Source of the DNA: Trichoplax sp. H2
Taxonomy: Eukaryota
Length of the DNA: 64,000 nt
Direction: 5' to 3'
Assembly: GCA_003344405.1 (NCBI GenBank)
Contig: NOWV01000199.1
Span: 1 to 64,000, forward strand
In this document: one piece after another, positions 24,540 through 37,346 of the stretch
Position numbering within the stretch: position 1 is the first letter of the stretch
Layout: every line of letters starts with the position of its first letter
Position numbers and translations under genes: made by a program
Notes under the pieces: generated by a model
What the model saw: the letters and a program-made list of their open reading frames with translations, nothing else
Database searches by the model: none
What the model was told of the DNA's origin: nothing

Positions 24540-27500
24540 TTAATAATATTCTAACATTTCTTTACAAGTATGTGAGACTTCGTTATCCATAACGTAGGTT
24601 TCTCCAGGCAGTGTTTGCTTTATATGATACTTTTTAGAATAGCCATTATTATCTGAGCTGAATTTTTCATATGCCTGCGATGACAACCTTTAATTTTATA
24701 AGATCAGTAAGAAATACCAGTTACAGAGAAGGCTGATAATACTGTACAAAGTAAGATCATGAAATGCTAAAAGCTTATTCTAGGTATAATATTTATTATT
24801 CATGGAAATGCGCTGTATAATACCGTTTGATACTAACCTTGCTTGTAGATCTTTCCTTCCCATTCGTAAGCACATCTTCATTGGTATTTCAGAAAACTCA
24901 GCAGTTGTAGTAAAGTCCACCCTCGTAACTCCGGATACTGTAACGGATTGTCCGGATTTTAACTCATCAAGACTAATTTCCGCTACACCTTCAATAACCA
25001 CGGCGGCTCTAATAGAAAATTGAATTATTTAATTTTTAGCCACAATTTAAATTATGAAATATCAAGGTACAGTCGTTATAATTATATTTCTTAGGAGATA
25101 GCAATACTTCATTATAGATACAATTGACCTAGCTCTTTCAATGAAGTACCTATTAATGACATCCGTATTAGAGTTTCTAGACCACAGACTCATTTCTACA
25201 TTTCCAGCTAAGCCCAATGTTAAAGCTCCTATTATTTTCATATCAAGGTTCATTCCACTTCCGACGACAATTTGCTATAATAAAAATTATGATGAGTGAG
25301 TAGCCATTTTTGTCTCATCATCTTATAACTTTTAGTATTTTACGGCTCTACTAACATTATCAACAGTGTGTACTGATAATGTCGAGGGACGAAAACAAGA
25401 TGATCTGACTCCGAGAATTACTAACTTGTGTGTGATCCATTAGAAGTAGTTGCGTTGATAAAATGTTCATTTCTCCGCCCCCAGTGGCCATAACCACACC
25501 AAGTAATTCTGCTTGACCGTGGAAAACTTGATAGGGTCTTAAAGTAGTGTCCATCAAACCTAAAGTTGCAATCGCACGCGGTGAAGATGCGGTATCATCC
25601 TCGTCTCCACCAATAATAGACAATAATCCTTCGGCGTATAATCCAATCTAAGCATTGAGGTAGAAATGTAATTATAGATATTAGTGCTTCTTATACTAAT
25701 AAAAGGTTTGCATGTTCTTTATCTCTCTATTGTACTAAATCCCAAGTTAAATTGTTCATTTTTACCGTTAAAATATCGATAGATCTATCGCCTGCTTGAA
25801 TAGCTAAATTAAATGTACTTCTTCGAGTTGTGCCACTTTTAGTATACTCCAAATCAAGGGAGAATGATGAGGAAATTTCACCTTCGACATCTTTATTAAC
25901 ATGTAAAGTAAAATATCAAAATAGATCTTTACATGCAATGCAATAGAATATTTTCATCGTTACATTAATGATGCAGAGATTTTTAGTTTCAAAAGACCGT
26001 AAAAGAAGACAAGCATCAGCATGAAAAAGCTACTGATTAATTAGGATATTAGCTACACTGCATGTCAGTGCATAATATCTGATGAATGCAGTACCGTTAG
26101 GGAACTACGGTATAAGCTATATAGTTGATTGGTAGCTAAAACAATGTCCAAACTAGTTAAAATTCTGTTATTAAGGGCATCCACCATAATCGCATAAACA
26201 TCTTATTATCAACGTTTGGTACCTGTAATTTCAGTTTTAATTGCTCTAGAGTAACCAATTACTTTTTTCAAAGCTTCAAAATCAGCGGATTTTAAGTAGT
26301 GCCGAAATACTTCCGCCAGAATAGATTGAACTGAAAATGGTAGTCTAAGATCGAAGCAAGAATTTATTAATATCAATAACGCCAGCGCCAAATATCATAG
26401 CAATAACTAAGTTGAGAACCTGAATTCCTTGTTCCTTGTTGCCATAATATTTAAGGCAGACGTCATAAACTTTCGAACTTCCTGCCTTTCCTCTTCAGCA
26501 AGCGATAAAGCAAAGTTGACTATTTCTTGTTTCGTAGGTTCTTTAGAAATGATCGTGGATGCTGCAGCAATTCTGACAGTATCATCGTAGGTTTCTTTAC
26601 TTTGAAAATAAATCTCTAACAAAGTCTTGCGAACCTATCAATATATTCAATTTGGCTTAAATTTTGCAAAAATGCGACTGGAAATTGTAATATCGAACAG
26701 ATAGCATAGAAGAACTAGAGTGCAATCGATTTTTATCATACTTTTCCATTGATAAGATGTACTGGTAAACGTTTAAAAATTTGGATTGCTGCCACTTTGA
26801 TTTTGAAAGTACTTCCTTTCTCAGCTAGGTTTGTCGCTAAAGGTATAAAATCTGATAAACCGGCATTGGATAGAGCCAAAAGGTATATCTGGACTGCATC
26901 TTCGTCATCCAAAGTCTTCTGTACTTTCTCATTCAAGAAATCCTTTATCCTATTAAACAACTATGATAATAAATGCGATAATTCCCGTTACGACGGAGTA
27001 GTATACAGCCATAGTAGGTATAATTCTTCATTTACTTCCTAGACTTTCTAGTCAATTGGTGGTATTACCTCATCATCTCGGAATGTAGAGTTAATTTTAT
27101 TGTACGTATGTAGTAATGATGCTAAGCTCAATGTTGCTGTTTCATGGATACTTTTATCCGGTAAATTCATCTGTGCGACAGACTAGAATGCAAAATTAAT
27201 CCATTATTAATAAAAATGCATCACAAAGTTTACAAGTTTTTAAGTAGGATATTAAAATTTATGCTAGCTATTATAATTAACTATCGGGCAGAATCTTAAT
27301 TTAAATTAGATATACTGTCGATTTATTTCTATAGAATTATAGGTTACCAATTTATACGTAGTTGTAGGCTGGATATACAGCATATTAACTCTTTGGCTCA
27401 TAAACAGTAATCCAATTAATGGTATAATTTAAATACGTACTAATATAAATGTGACATAGTAAGATTAAAATACTAAACGTGCAAATGTGATAATTATGAA

Positions 27501-30185
27501 TACAATACTTCTTGTAGCTTATAAGTGAAGCTCAATCAGGATAAAAGTTTGTCTATATTATCACAAAAGTAGAGACATGACTAAACCATTTCCTTAATAT
27601 TGGCTACAAGATGTCAGAAAATGGACAAAACTATGTAAAAATATATTGATTTACCAAAATATCCTCTAACATCTTTCGCGTAGGACGAATAGATATAGAG
27701 AGAGCCACCAGGTATCGTTCGACTAGAAATGTATCTGAAGGGTACTCAAACTCTAAGTACTCCATTAAAGCATTTTGTGCTTCATCAGTCTGAGCAGCGG
27801 TGGCAATTTCAACTAAAGTATATCTATCAGAATTGATAACGATGTCAGTAAATTACTATTGATAGTTATATAGAGTAATTAGGTTCATTTCGTACTTGAT
27901 TTCGTCGAGATTTTCATCTCGCAAGATTTCCACTATTTCTTTACTACGAGCTTGACGGAATAATTGTACCAAATGAATAAAATTTTGAGTAACGTCTTCA
28001 CTACTCTCTTTCGATGTTAGGTATTTCATTTTGTCATTGACAATATCTTTAAGCTATTGCAAATGATATAATTATTCATTATTAGATACACTAGATTTAA
28101 GATTTTCAATAGGTTTAGAAATATGTAATGGATATTGAATTTATTCCCAAGCTGCGATGCATCAAAATTATGAAATAACCTTATTGGACTTTTTTGAATC
28201 CTGTAAATCAGCTGCAGAGAATTCTATGCTTTCCTGAATCCATTTCGCGTTATCCTCTATATAGTTTTATTTAAAAAAGATAAAGATGAATCTTAATACA
28301 TCTTGCCCTATTTTGTAAGAATCAAGAGTACCTTCATTCAAGGTTTCGATTTATCTAAACTTAATATCCCATCATACTGCAAAAAATCGTAATATCATCC
28401 TCTTATTTCAACAGGGAGAGACAATTGATATGCATCCACTACGGTACTACAGTATTCTTTTCTTTTAATTATGGGAATTATCAGGCAAGTCGGTTCCTTG
28501 TAAGATTTACCAAATGTAACAATTTATATTCTAAATAGGCTACAGCTACCAAAAATGTGTTGCGACCTTTTCATGATTAAAACCTTTACCTGAGTTGATG
28601 CCTCGAATAGCATCAATTTCACTATCATATTTAGCGATTTCTTTATTATTGGAGGTACGTTCTAATTTCAATATTTGTCTGCCAGTTTATGCAAGAAGAA
28701 AAAATCTATCAGTGTTATGTATGTAGTCTTATTTAGTAGTACTAATTATGTATAAGAAAATATAAATATTGTAAGTGACGAGTCGATATATTTATATTTC
28801 AATTACGGTATTACTAATTTATTCATGCTATAATATATCGAATTTCATAAATTGTTACAGTAGGGGTTATTAACTTTATTGCTTCCTATTCTGACTTACT
28901 CAGATGAAGCAGTTGAGTCAATCTTACGACCAAGAAGTTTTAATATGTGGGAATCACGCGAAGATGCCACGTCTACAATTCCAGCCTTGATGGTGTAATT
29001 AGTCTGACTAATAGAAGTTTGTCTTGGACTAAGGGCCTAGAATTTATATATATATGTATTGAAGATACATAGACAAGCATAAGAAGCAATTGATAATATT
29101 ACATATTTAAGGCTCAATTTCATCCTCACTCTCATTGTATCCGACCAATGCCCATTAAATCCTAGTTTACTAGTGGCACATTTGCTTAAGTTAATTTCTT
29201 TGATTACAGATGCAGATTTACCATTATCATTTGAAGGCAGTGAGGAAGATAGCAGGTATTGGGTTGGACAAAAACCAAATAGAGTCGTCTTTTATGTAGT
29301 AAATGGCATAAAGAAGACTTTTGTTAGTAGATTCTATTTACTCTATTCATGGAGGAAACGAGAGGGAGTCTAGTGTGTAAAGATGGAAAATTGGGGGTTT
29401 AAACCAGTTTACCTCAGTAGTCTTGTGCGTGTCCATTCTAACTTGAAACAGGTTAGCAATAGCTTTGGCAATATTTTTATAAGTACGCGATGAATTTTCT
29501 TTAAACCAAATTCCATGGCTTTGACCGCTAGTTATCTTGAAGTAAAATGCAGGCGAAAGTAACTGGTCGATACCAGAGCTCTGCGCGGCATTTCCTGCTT
29601 TAGAGCTTTGGATGCGTATGTTATCCAACTGTTATAAGTATAAGATCGTTATTAAATAAGCTGTGATCATAGTTATATAGTCATTGCCTTATTACGTTAG
29701 AAAAGCGAAAGAGTAAACACTATTGCAATATCGAGACGGGTGATGCTATTGAAATAAAGGATAGTTAAATTCTAAACAAAATAGAATGCAGGATTATTTA
29801 ATTTCTAGAAGAATAAGAATTTTCTCATTTTTTAATAGTTGTTGATAATTGTAATATTTCACTTTAAAGAAATATGATAATATTTTATTCCGTTCATACG
29901 TTGAACGCAGTACTTTCTATTACTCTTGACACTATAATAGAGCAATCAGCTCATTTGCAGCATTATAGCGTGCATTTTTAGAAACTTAAAGGTGCCTAGT
30001 AATCGCATATTAACTTACATTAGCTTTAAGAAGTACAGAGTTTTTGTCAACCGATTGCCATATTGGTTTTAAGGTCAATTTCGATATAAAATTTAACCCG
30101 ACGGGTACTGCATCTTTTCTTGCTGTATTCTTTACCAAACTGTGGAAGGAGTAATCATAATTGTATACAGTAGCTTCGTCGTATC
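24540..30185 (-). CDS. MTTP: Microsomal triglyceride transfer protein large subunit (large lipid transfer protein family); first coding exon unresolved
   Basis: Exons encode GYDEATVYNYDY...LKPIWQS, PAFYFKITSG...KNIAKAIANLFQ, YLLALSNAGL, TVRIAAAS, ATLGLMDTTLRPYQVFHGQAEL, GNVEMSLWSRNSNTDVIN and CLRMGR. The last exon LPGETYVMDNEVSHTCKEMLEYY* ends at 24540. These match MTP-type vitellogenin-N and C-terminal beta-sheet motifs. Confidence 0.92.
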
Positions 30186-30848
30186 CTACAGTAATTATAA
30201 TTACAAAATTCAAAATCAGATTCGTTTAAAACTGTTAAAGTTAATCAAAATTGACTAAGTTCAAAAAGTCAAAACTTTACCTTTAGTAATACGAATTTAA
30301 AAAAAATTGTGGATATTTAGAATATGCGTTTTACATAAATCGAAGGTAGAAGCAGTAAAATAGTAATATGCAGTAAAGTCATTCTTCTCTGATTTCGGAA
30401 TAAGATACTTCCATATGAATAATAAACTTATTACAGGAAGATAGAGTATGTATTATTTCCTTGTTAACGAAGCATGTACTATTGTTGATGAATTACTAGT
30501 AAAATTCTACGCTACAAATGGGATCTTAAGTGATCTTTTATAGTATAGCAAAATAGCCATAAATATACTTCATTTTTAGCCATGATGACATAAAGACGTT
30601 CAATGTGACTGTATTATTTTATAGCTAATGTAGAAACTAGTTTTAGCTATAATCGATAAAAGCTTAATTCATTATAGTCTTGAATGCGATAACTGCTAAT
30701 TTCAGCCGAAGTACAAATTCTAGCGATAAACAAATTTATTTTTACCTGCGTTATGACATTCTACCACCGACAACGAAGCTTTTTGTCATCGAGATATGTC
30801 CATGATATCAGATAAATTCAAGGATAAAGAATAAACAGAATTAATGAG

Positions 30849-31375
30849 GCATCAATCAAGGAGCGATAAATTATCTAATAGATTTTTAGTTACTGATTTA
30901 AATACAGAAATGAACTTCTAAAAGTCAAGCTAATGAATGATTGTAATTTATAATATTGATGAGACGGCAATCAAGGAGCGATAAATTATCTAATATATTT
31001 TTAGTAATTGATCAAATACAGAAATGAACTACTAAAAGTCAAACTAATAAATGCGTGTATTTTATAATATTGATTAGACATCAATCAAGGAGCGATAAGT
31101 TATCTGATGGGTTTTTAGTAACTGATCAAATACAGAAATGAACTACTAAAGCTAATATATTATGTAATGGATTTTAGTAAATGATCAAACACAAAAACGA
31201 ACTACTAAAGTCAAGTTAATAATTTATGTGATGGATTTTAGTGACTGATCAGCTACAGAAAAGAACTACTAAAGTCAGGCTAATGATTAATGTGATGAAT
31301 TTCTAGTTACTGATCAAATACAGAATGAACTATTAAGTCAAGCTAGTGAGTGCGCTTCATTTATTATATTGATGA
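30849..31375. repeat. Tandem array upstream of MTTP (three ~110-120 bp units, then ~60 bp units)
   Basis: aatcaaggagcgataa(a/g)ttatct at ~30854, 30969 and 31084. The block ttttagt.actgatcaaatacagaaatgaactactaaa recurs about 6 times. Confidence 0.9.
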
Positions 31376-34324
31376 GTATTTCTGGTTCATTGCTTATTCT
31401 ATATATGTCTATTTACTACGCTACTAACATTGGGTTATTAATCTTACTTTGCGTAATTGTGAAACTATCGTAAAGATATCGGTTTGCAGGTGAAAAAAAG
31501 TACTAAAGTATATTAATACATTTCCTATCATGAATATCCTCTGATAATAATAGGCTATTTTTCGACAACATTTCATCATAACTCTCATGGAATAGAAATA
31601 AGTGGTGTATATAGGCAAGTGGATAAAAGATGTTAAGAATACTCTTATTCAACGGTGAAATTAATGAAACAGTAATAATATAGTGAATTTTATGCTTGAT
31701 CATATTATTCTTAAGGCATTGGCAATTATATACTGATTTTTTTACACATCAAGATAAGAATTTGAAAATTGAGGAACATTAAAACGACAATCAGATATTA
31801 TTTAACGCCTAATACATAATATAGTAAGTAAATAAGATCTGATGGCCGCTAGCTAGTTATTTTAATGAGTATCGAAGATTAATCATAGTATTGGATTAAA
31901 GTTGAAAGTTAATAGTAAAGCCAGAGCAACTCGGCTTGAGATCTTGCGAATTTTTCTACGTTATTTTTACATATTTATGGCCATATATGTCAGCCAATAG
32001 CATCTGCTACTGTCTTTACTTACTCAAAGTTAATAAGAAAACGATTGTCGGTATCGAAGGATTTCTTGCTCTTTTGGTCACCATCGGGCTCTAATTTCAA
32101 ATTTCTATGGGAAACGATGTTCGACTGTTGCAAAACTGTATTTTTAATCATAGAAAAGAGACAGGAATGGATCTGCTTTAGTAACCAGCAGGAATTCGTT
32201 CAAAGTCCGCTATCGATCTGGTCACACTTAGTTCTTGTATTCTGAGTGTTATTTCATCGTCATTTTGCAAAGTAAACAATAAGAATAATATTTATTAGTG
32301 CCGATTCCTAATCGCATAGAGGATCGTTATTGTAATGAACTTTAGGCTGATGAAAAATATTATGTCACTTTAAGTTATCATTTCTTCAACGTGTTTGCAT
32401 GTATCATTATTGCAATACTAGCAAATTGTTGAAGCTCATTTGGGTATTTTGTTGATTAAACAGAATGGGATCCTACTTGTATTACGTACATGTACCGGTT
32501 TGAATAATAACGTTGGCTATAATGAAAGTCGGCTTTGAAACATCATAAAATGTCTATGGTGATTAATCTTCATCTATATCATATAGGCTACACTTCATTA
32601 CAGCTCTGTTATCGTTTTTGTCCAAACTCTTTGCTGTTTTACCAATGTGTTGCTAAAAATTGTGGCTTAGTCAGTGATACTCAACGCAGTAACATTGAAC
32701 GAATCATTTTGATAATTAAGTAAAAATAGTCAAGTTTTTAATATAATGTACGACATATCGTCAATAGGATGATGAATAATATTTGTAACAGTTATTTTTT
32801 TCTTAATCAAAATATCCCTTCGATATAGTATCGTATCTATTTAGATATGAATCATGCTGGTACTATGCCGTAATCCTATATCGATATAGACAGACAAGAA
32901 TTAGAGCCTATAAACTAGGTAAGGTTTGAACATTGGGTAGCTGAATTAAATAGGCATATGGTGAATATTCAAGTTTGACCTTGATATAATAGAATTTACT
33001 ATCAAAATAATTAAAAACATAGCATGGATCTGAATATAGGAAAATACATTTTATGAAGGAGGAGAAAACAGTTCCTTCAAATGAGCTTGTAACAATATAT
33101 TCTATAATTCATAAGTTTATGTCTGGAATTAACAGTAACTTGATTCTATTTTCTACCAAATGTTGAAAAAAATGCATCTATTGCATAGGGCAAAAATGCA
33201 CATTACCAACAATTGAGGCATTTTAAAATGGGCATTTACTCTATTCATTTTCTGAGTAATCTTGTGCTAGTGTTTGTAAAAGCCAGACTGGGAATCGTAA
33301 TTAATTGTACACCTTTTAGATTAAACCATTGCTACTGTTATTTATTGCAGTCATGACATCAAGAAATCCTTCTGTAGTGTATCTACTAAAAAAATATCTC
33401 CTACTCATGCTAATGACTTTATTATTTTTTATAATACGTCAGTTCTTGTTTGATGATGATTAATGCAGGAGATCAAGTAGGCGTATTTATTATGATTAGA
33501 ATTGTTTTTTTACTACCACGGACATCGATGACAAAACTATTATGTCTGATGTTCAGGCGATTGCCAATATAGATATACTATCATACATTAAAGGAAATAG
33601 ACGATCAATGAATTCATTTTATGAAGCCTTCAAGTTTGTCCTCAATAATATATATCCGAAAACGTTAAATCCTTTAGAGCTATATATCGTAATATATCGT
33701 TTTCTTAGCCTACTATCAAGTATATAAATAATCTATTGGCTATTTAGCGAACGTGGTACAACGGCATTGGTAGCTAGATATGTATATATCCATCATGATA
33801 TTGCCCCCTAGTGATTAAATTGAATCATACAGCAGTAGAATGCTTCCTAATAGGTATAATGGGTGTATCATGGGTGTAGATGTGTTCGCAGTAGTGTTCT
33901 GCTCCTATATGAGTTATCAATTTCGAGAATGTATTACCGCTAGGAGAAATTTTTGAGCAGAAATACCCTAGAAGAGCATACAATTGTATCGAAAATGAGC
34001 ACAATCCATAGTCTAACAGTCTAACAATAATTTTGCAAAAAAAAATATTCAACTTGCAGAACTGTAATATAATGAAAGGGAATAAATAGTACTTGTATAC
34101 GCATAGAGGGCACTTTTCTTATGGAAGGTGAAAAAACAGAATTCATTGATCGATGTAAAATAAAATTGTCTGAAAAGCATAACGACATTTTCTTGCATTG
34201 GCTATAGAATCATGTACTTCTCTTAGTAAATCAATGTTGCTTAACTCCAATATGCTTTGTAGTATCTTTAATTGGCATAGAGGTAGCAAATCTGTATGAA
34301 TGCATTGCTGCTAGGTGCACCTCT

Positions 34325-34515
34325 TATGCTAACAACTCGCTCCACTTATTATTAAGCTCTTAATAGTAGTAGTAATAGACTGTACATGTATTGATCAGTA
34401 ATCTAAGTAATAGCCGAATGAATTCGTATTTTATGCTAACAACTTGCTCCACTCTTTACTAATCTGTTAATGACAGCAGTGATAGATTATACATTGTAGA
34501 TCAGTAATCTAAGCA
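34325..34515. repeat. Two-copy ~107-bp duplication
   Basis: tatgctaacaact(c/t)gctccact...gatcagtaatctaag at ~34325 and ~34432. Confidence 0.8.
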
Positions 34516-34939
34516 GCAAAACACGACTAACTAGTGCTGACGTGTGATATAAATATATAGGAGATGATACAATTTTAATTAGTGATGGCCCACTACGATA
34601 GTGGCTACTCTGTTACTGTATAACATTAAAACAGATTAATGCAACATTATTTGGAATATGTTAAAGATTTATAAATGATAGATAATGTGATTGTGGTTAG
34701 CCTTCCTTGAAAGTGCACTCCTGTTCGATGAATAGTGGTCATCATTACAGTAACCACTTGTGGCATTTTCTATTACCAAATGTTAAAGCATGACTTATAA
34801 ATAGAGATCAGATACTCTTGCATTGGTGATAGATGCACCATGACAGCAGCTATTCTTCAATGGCTATATAATAAGAAGAATTGACTGTCCTAGTCTTATT
34901 TGGGAAATGAACATTTAAGGTATTAAAATACGTCTGCAT

Positions 34940-36518
34940 ACAAGTGTTTATTTCATCTAATTCTAGGATAATAAAATATTATCCAATCTTACTTTATCCA
35001 GCTTCTGGCCTACTACTGTAGAATTGACAGCGTACAGTAAATGATTATTATTAGCTTAGATTGATCACACTTAAAATAAACTAAATCATGAATATGCTAG
35101 CGAACCTCCAACACAATCGATTTGTAATGTCTCCTCATAACATACGAGAGTATTCATTTCATCTTAATCTACAATTGTAAAATAAAATCCAATCCCACTT
35201 TGTCTAGCCTCTGGTCTATTACTGTATATCATTGTTATTAGCCTAGATTGATCACATTCAAAATAAACTGAATCACAATTATGCTAGAGAATATGCAACA
35301 GAATCGATTTGCAGTCTCTCTTTATAGTATTGATTTGGTCTTAATCAATGACAGTAAAATAATATCCAGTCTCACTTTGTCCAGTTTTTGGTCTATTCCT
35401 GTAGAATCTGCGGTACAGATGATTGTTATTAGCCTCGATTGATTACATTTAAAATTGATTGAGTCATGATTATACTAGAGAAGATCTAACAGAATCGATT
35501 TGTAATCCCATTTTTATAACATATGAGTATGTAATATATAGTATTCATTTCATCTTAATTTACGATTGTAAAATAATATCCAAGCTCATTTTGTCCAGCT
35601 TCTGGCCTATTACTGTAGAATCTAGAGTATAGCCAATTGTTATAAGCCTAGATTGATGATATTTAAAACAGACTGAGTCATGATTATACTATAAAATATC
35701 CAACAGAATCGATTTGCAACCCCTCTCTATAATATACAAGTATGTACACTGTACAGTATTCATTTCATCTTAATCTATAATTGTAAAATAAAATCCAATC
35801 TCACTTTATTCAGCTTCTGGTCTTTTACCGTTAATCATTGTCATTCGCATCAATGTTATTCAGAGTAAACTGTATCAGATTTATTTAAAATCAATCAACT
35901 GTATCATGACTAGAGAAGATCCAACAGAATCGATTTGTAACCCCTCTCTATAATATACAAATATGTAGACTGTACAGTATTCATTTCATCTTAATCTATG
36001 ATTGTGAAATAAAATCCAATCTCACTTTGTCCAACTTCTGGCCTATTACCGTAAATCGTTGTCGTTAGCATCGATCTTATTCAAAATAAACTGCACCATG
36101 ACTAGAGAAGATCCAACAGAATCGATTTGCAACCTCTCTCTATCATATACAAGTATGTACACTGTACAGTATTCATTTCATCTTAATCTATAATTGTAAA
36201 ATAAAATCCAATCTCACTTTGTCCAACTTCTGGCCTATTACCGTAAATCGTTGTCGTTAGCATCGATCTTATTCAAAATAAACTGCACCATGACTAGAGA
36301 AGATCCAACAGAATCGATTTGCAACCTCTCTCTATCATATACAAGTATGAACTCTGTACAGTATTCATTTCATCTTAATCTATAATTGTAAAATAAAATC
36401 CAATCTCACTTTGTCCAACTTCTGGCCTATTACCGTAAATCGTTGTCGTTAGCATCGATCTTATTCAAAATAAACTGCACCATGACTAGAGAAGATCCAA
36501 CAGAATCGATTTGCAACC
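34940..36518. repeat. Tandem array of about 8 units (~180-220 bp; terminal period 192 bp) upstream of IVD
   Basis: Marker (c/t)t(c/t)tgg(c/t)ct at ~35002, 35208, 35387, 35600, 35814, 36035, 36227 and 36419. The last copies are nearly identical. Confidence 0.95.
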
Positions 36519-37346
36519 CGTTGTATCTCGTATCTTGGATACGGATTCTTTGTCAACAGAGTACATCATAGACGTTAGTTACTTGCTATCAATATTCATC
36601 AACTTTACCATGTCTATCCTCCAATTGATATTATTGACTTGGGTTTGACTTGTCTAAGCATTCGGCGGATCATTAGCAATTGCTGCCTTCCTTTGATTAG
36701 ATCTCCATTCAATCAATCAACGATCAACTCAATTCAATAAAAGCAAACATATCCATCCTGCTCCAATCTTGTATGTCAGGGTTGTCCATCCTAACTTGTA
36801 GAGTATGAGATTGCTTGGTTTGATGGCTGTTTGTTAAGCAAAAGAATAGACTCTTAATTGAATATATATAGCATAGTATAAAGAGATCGGCGTTAATTCA
36901 GCACAGCATCTACGCGTAGCAACGCCCCTAGAGGACCAACCCTACTGTCCGTATTCGAAGCCTGCACGAAAAGCAAGGACAATCATCGGACTTGCAGTAG
37001 TTTCTTGGTAGTCCATAATAAGCCCAAAACTACAGCAATTAACTGTAAAAAAAGCATCGTAGACAGATAGACGATATATTGGTAGAGTCGTTTATGCAGC
37101 TGGCGGATAAATGCATTTATAACCTCTACGGCTAGGGCGGATATCATCTACGTTCTACAGGCTCTCTATCGCCTTTAGTGGCGTCAATAGAATAATAGAT
37201 TCTTCTCGTTACTATTTCGTTAAGTGATCCATAATAATAGTAATAATTATAACTATTAGTTATAAGTTACAAATTACTGAATAGTCTTGATCCACAGATA
37301 CTACAGTAATCACCAATAATATAGCAAGGAAGAAAAATTGATCGTC

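Noticed and set aside
31400..34900. Short ORFs and a coding-looking stretch near 32020-32280 (-)
   Set aside because: Interrupted by stops, with no recognisable domain and no consistent exon chain.
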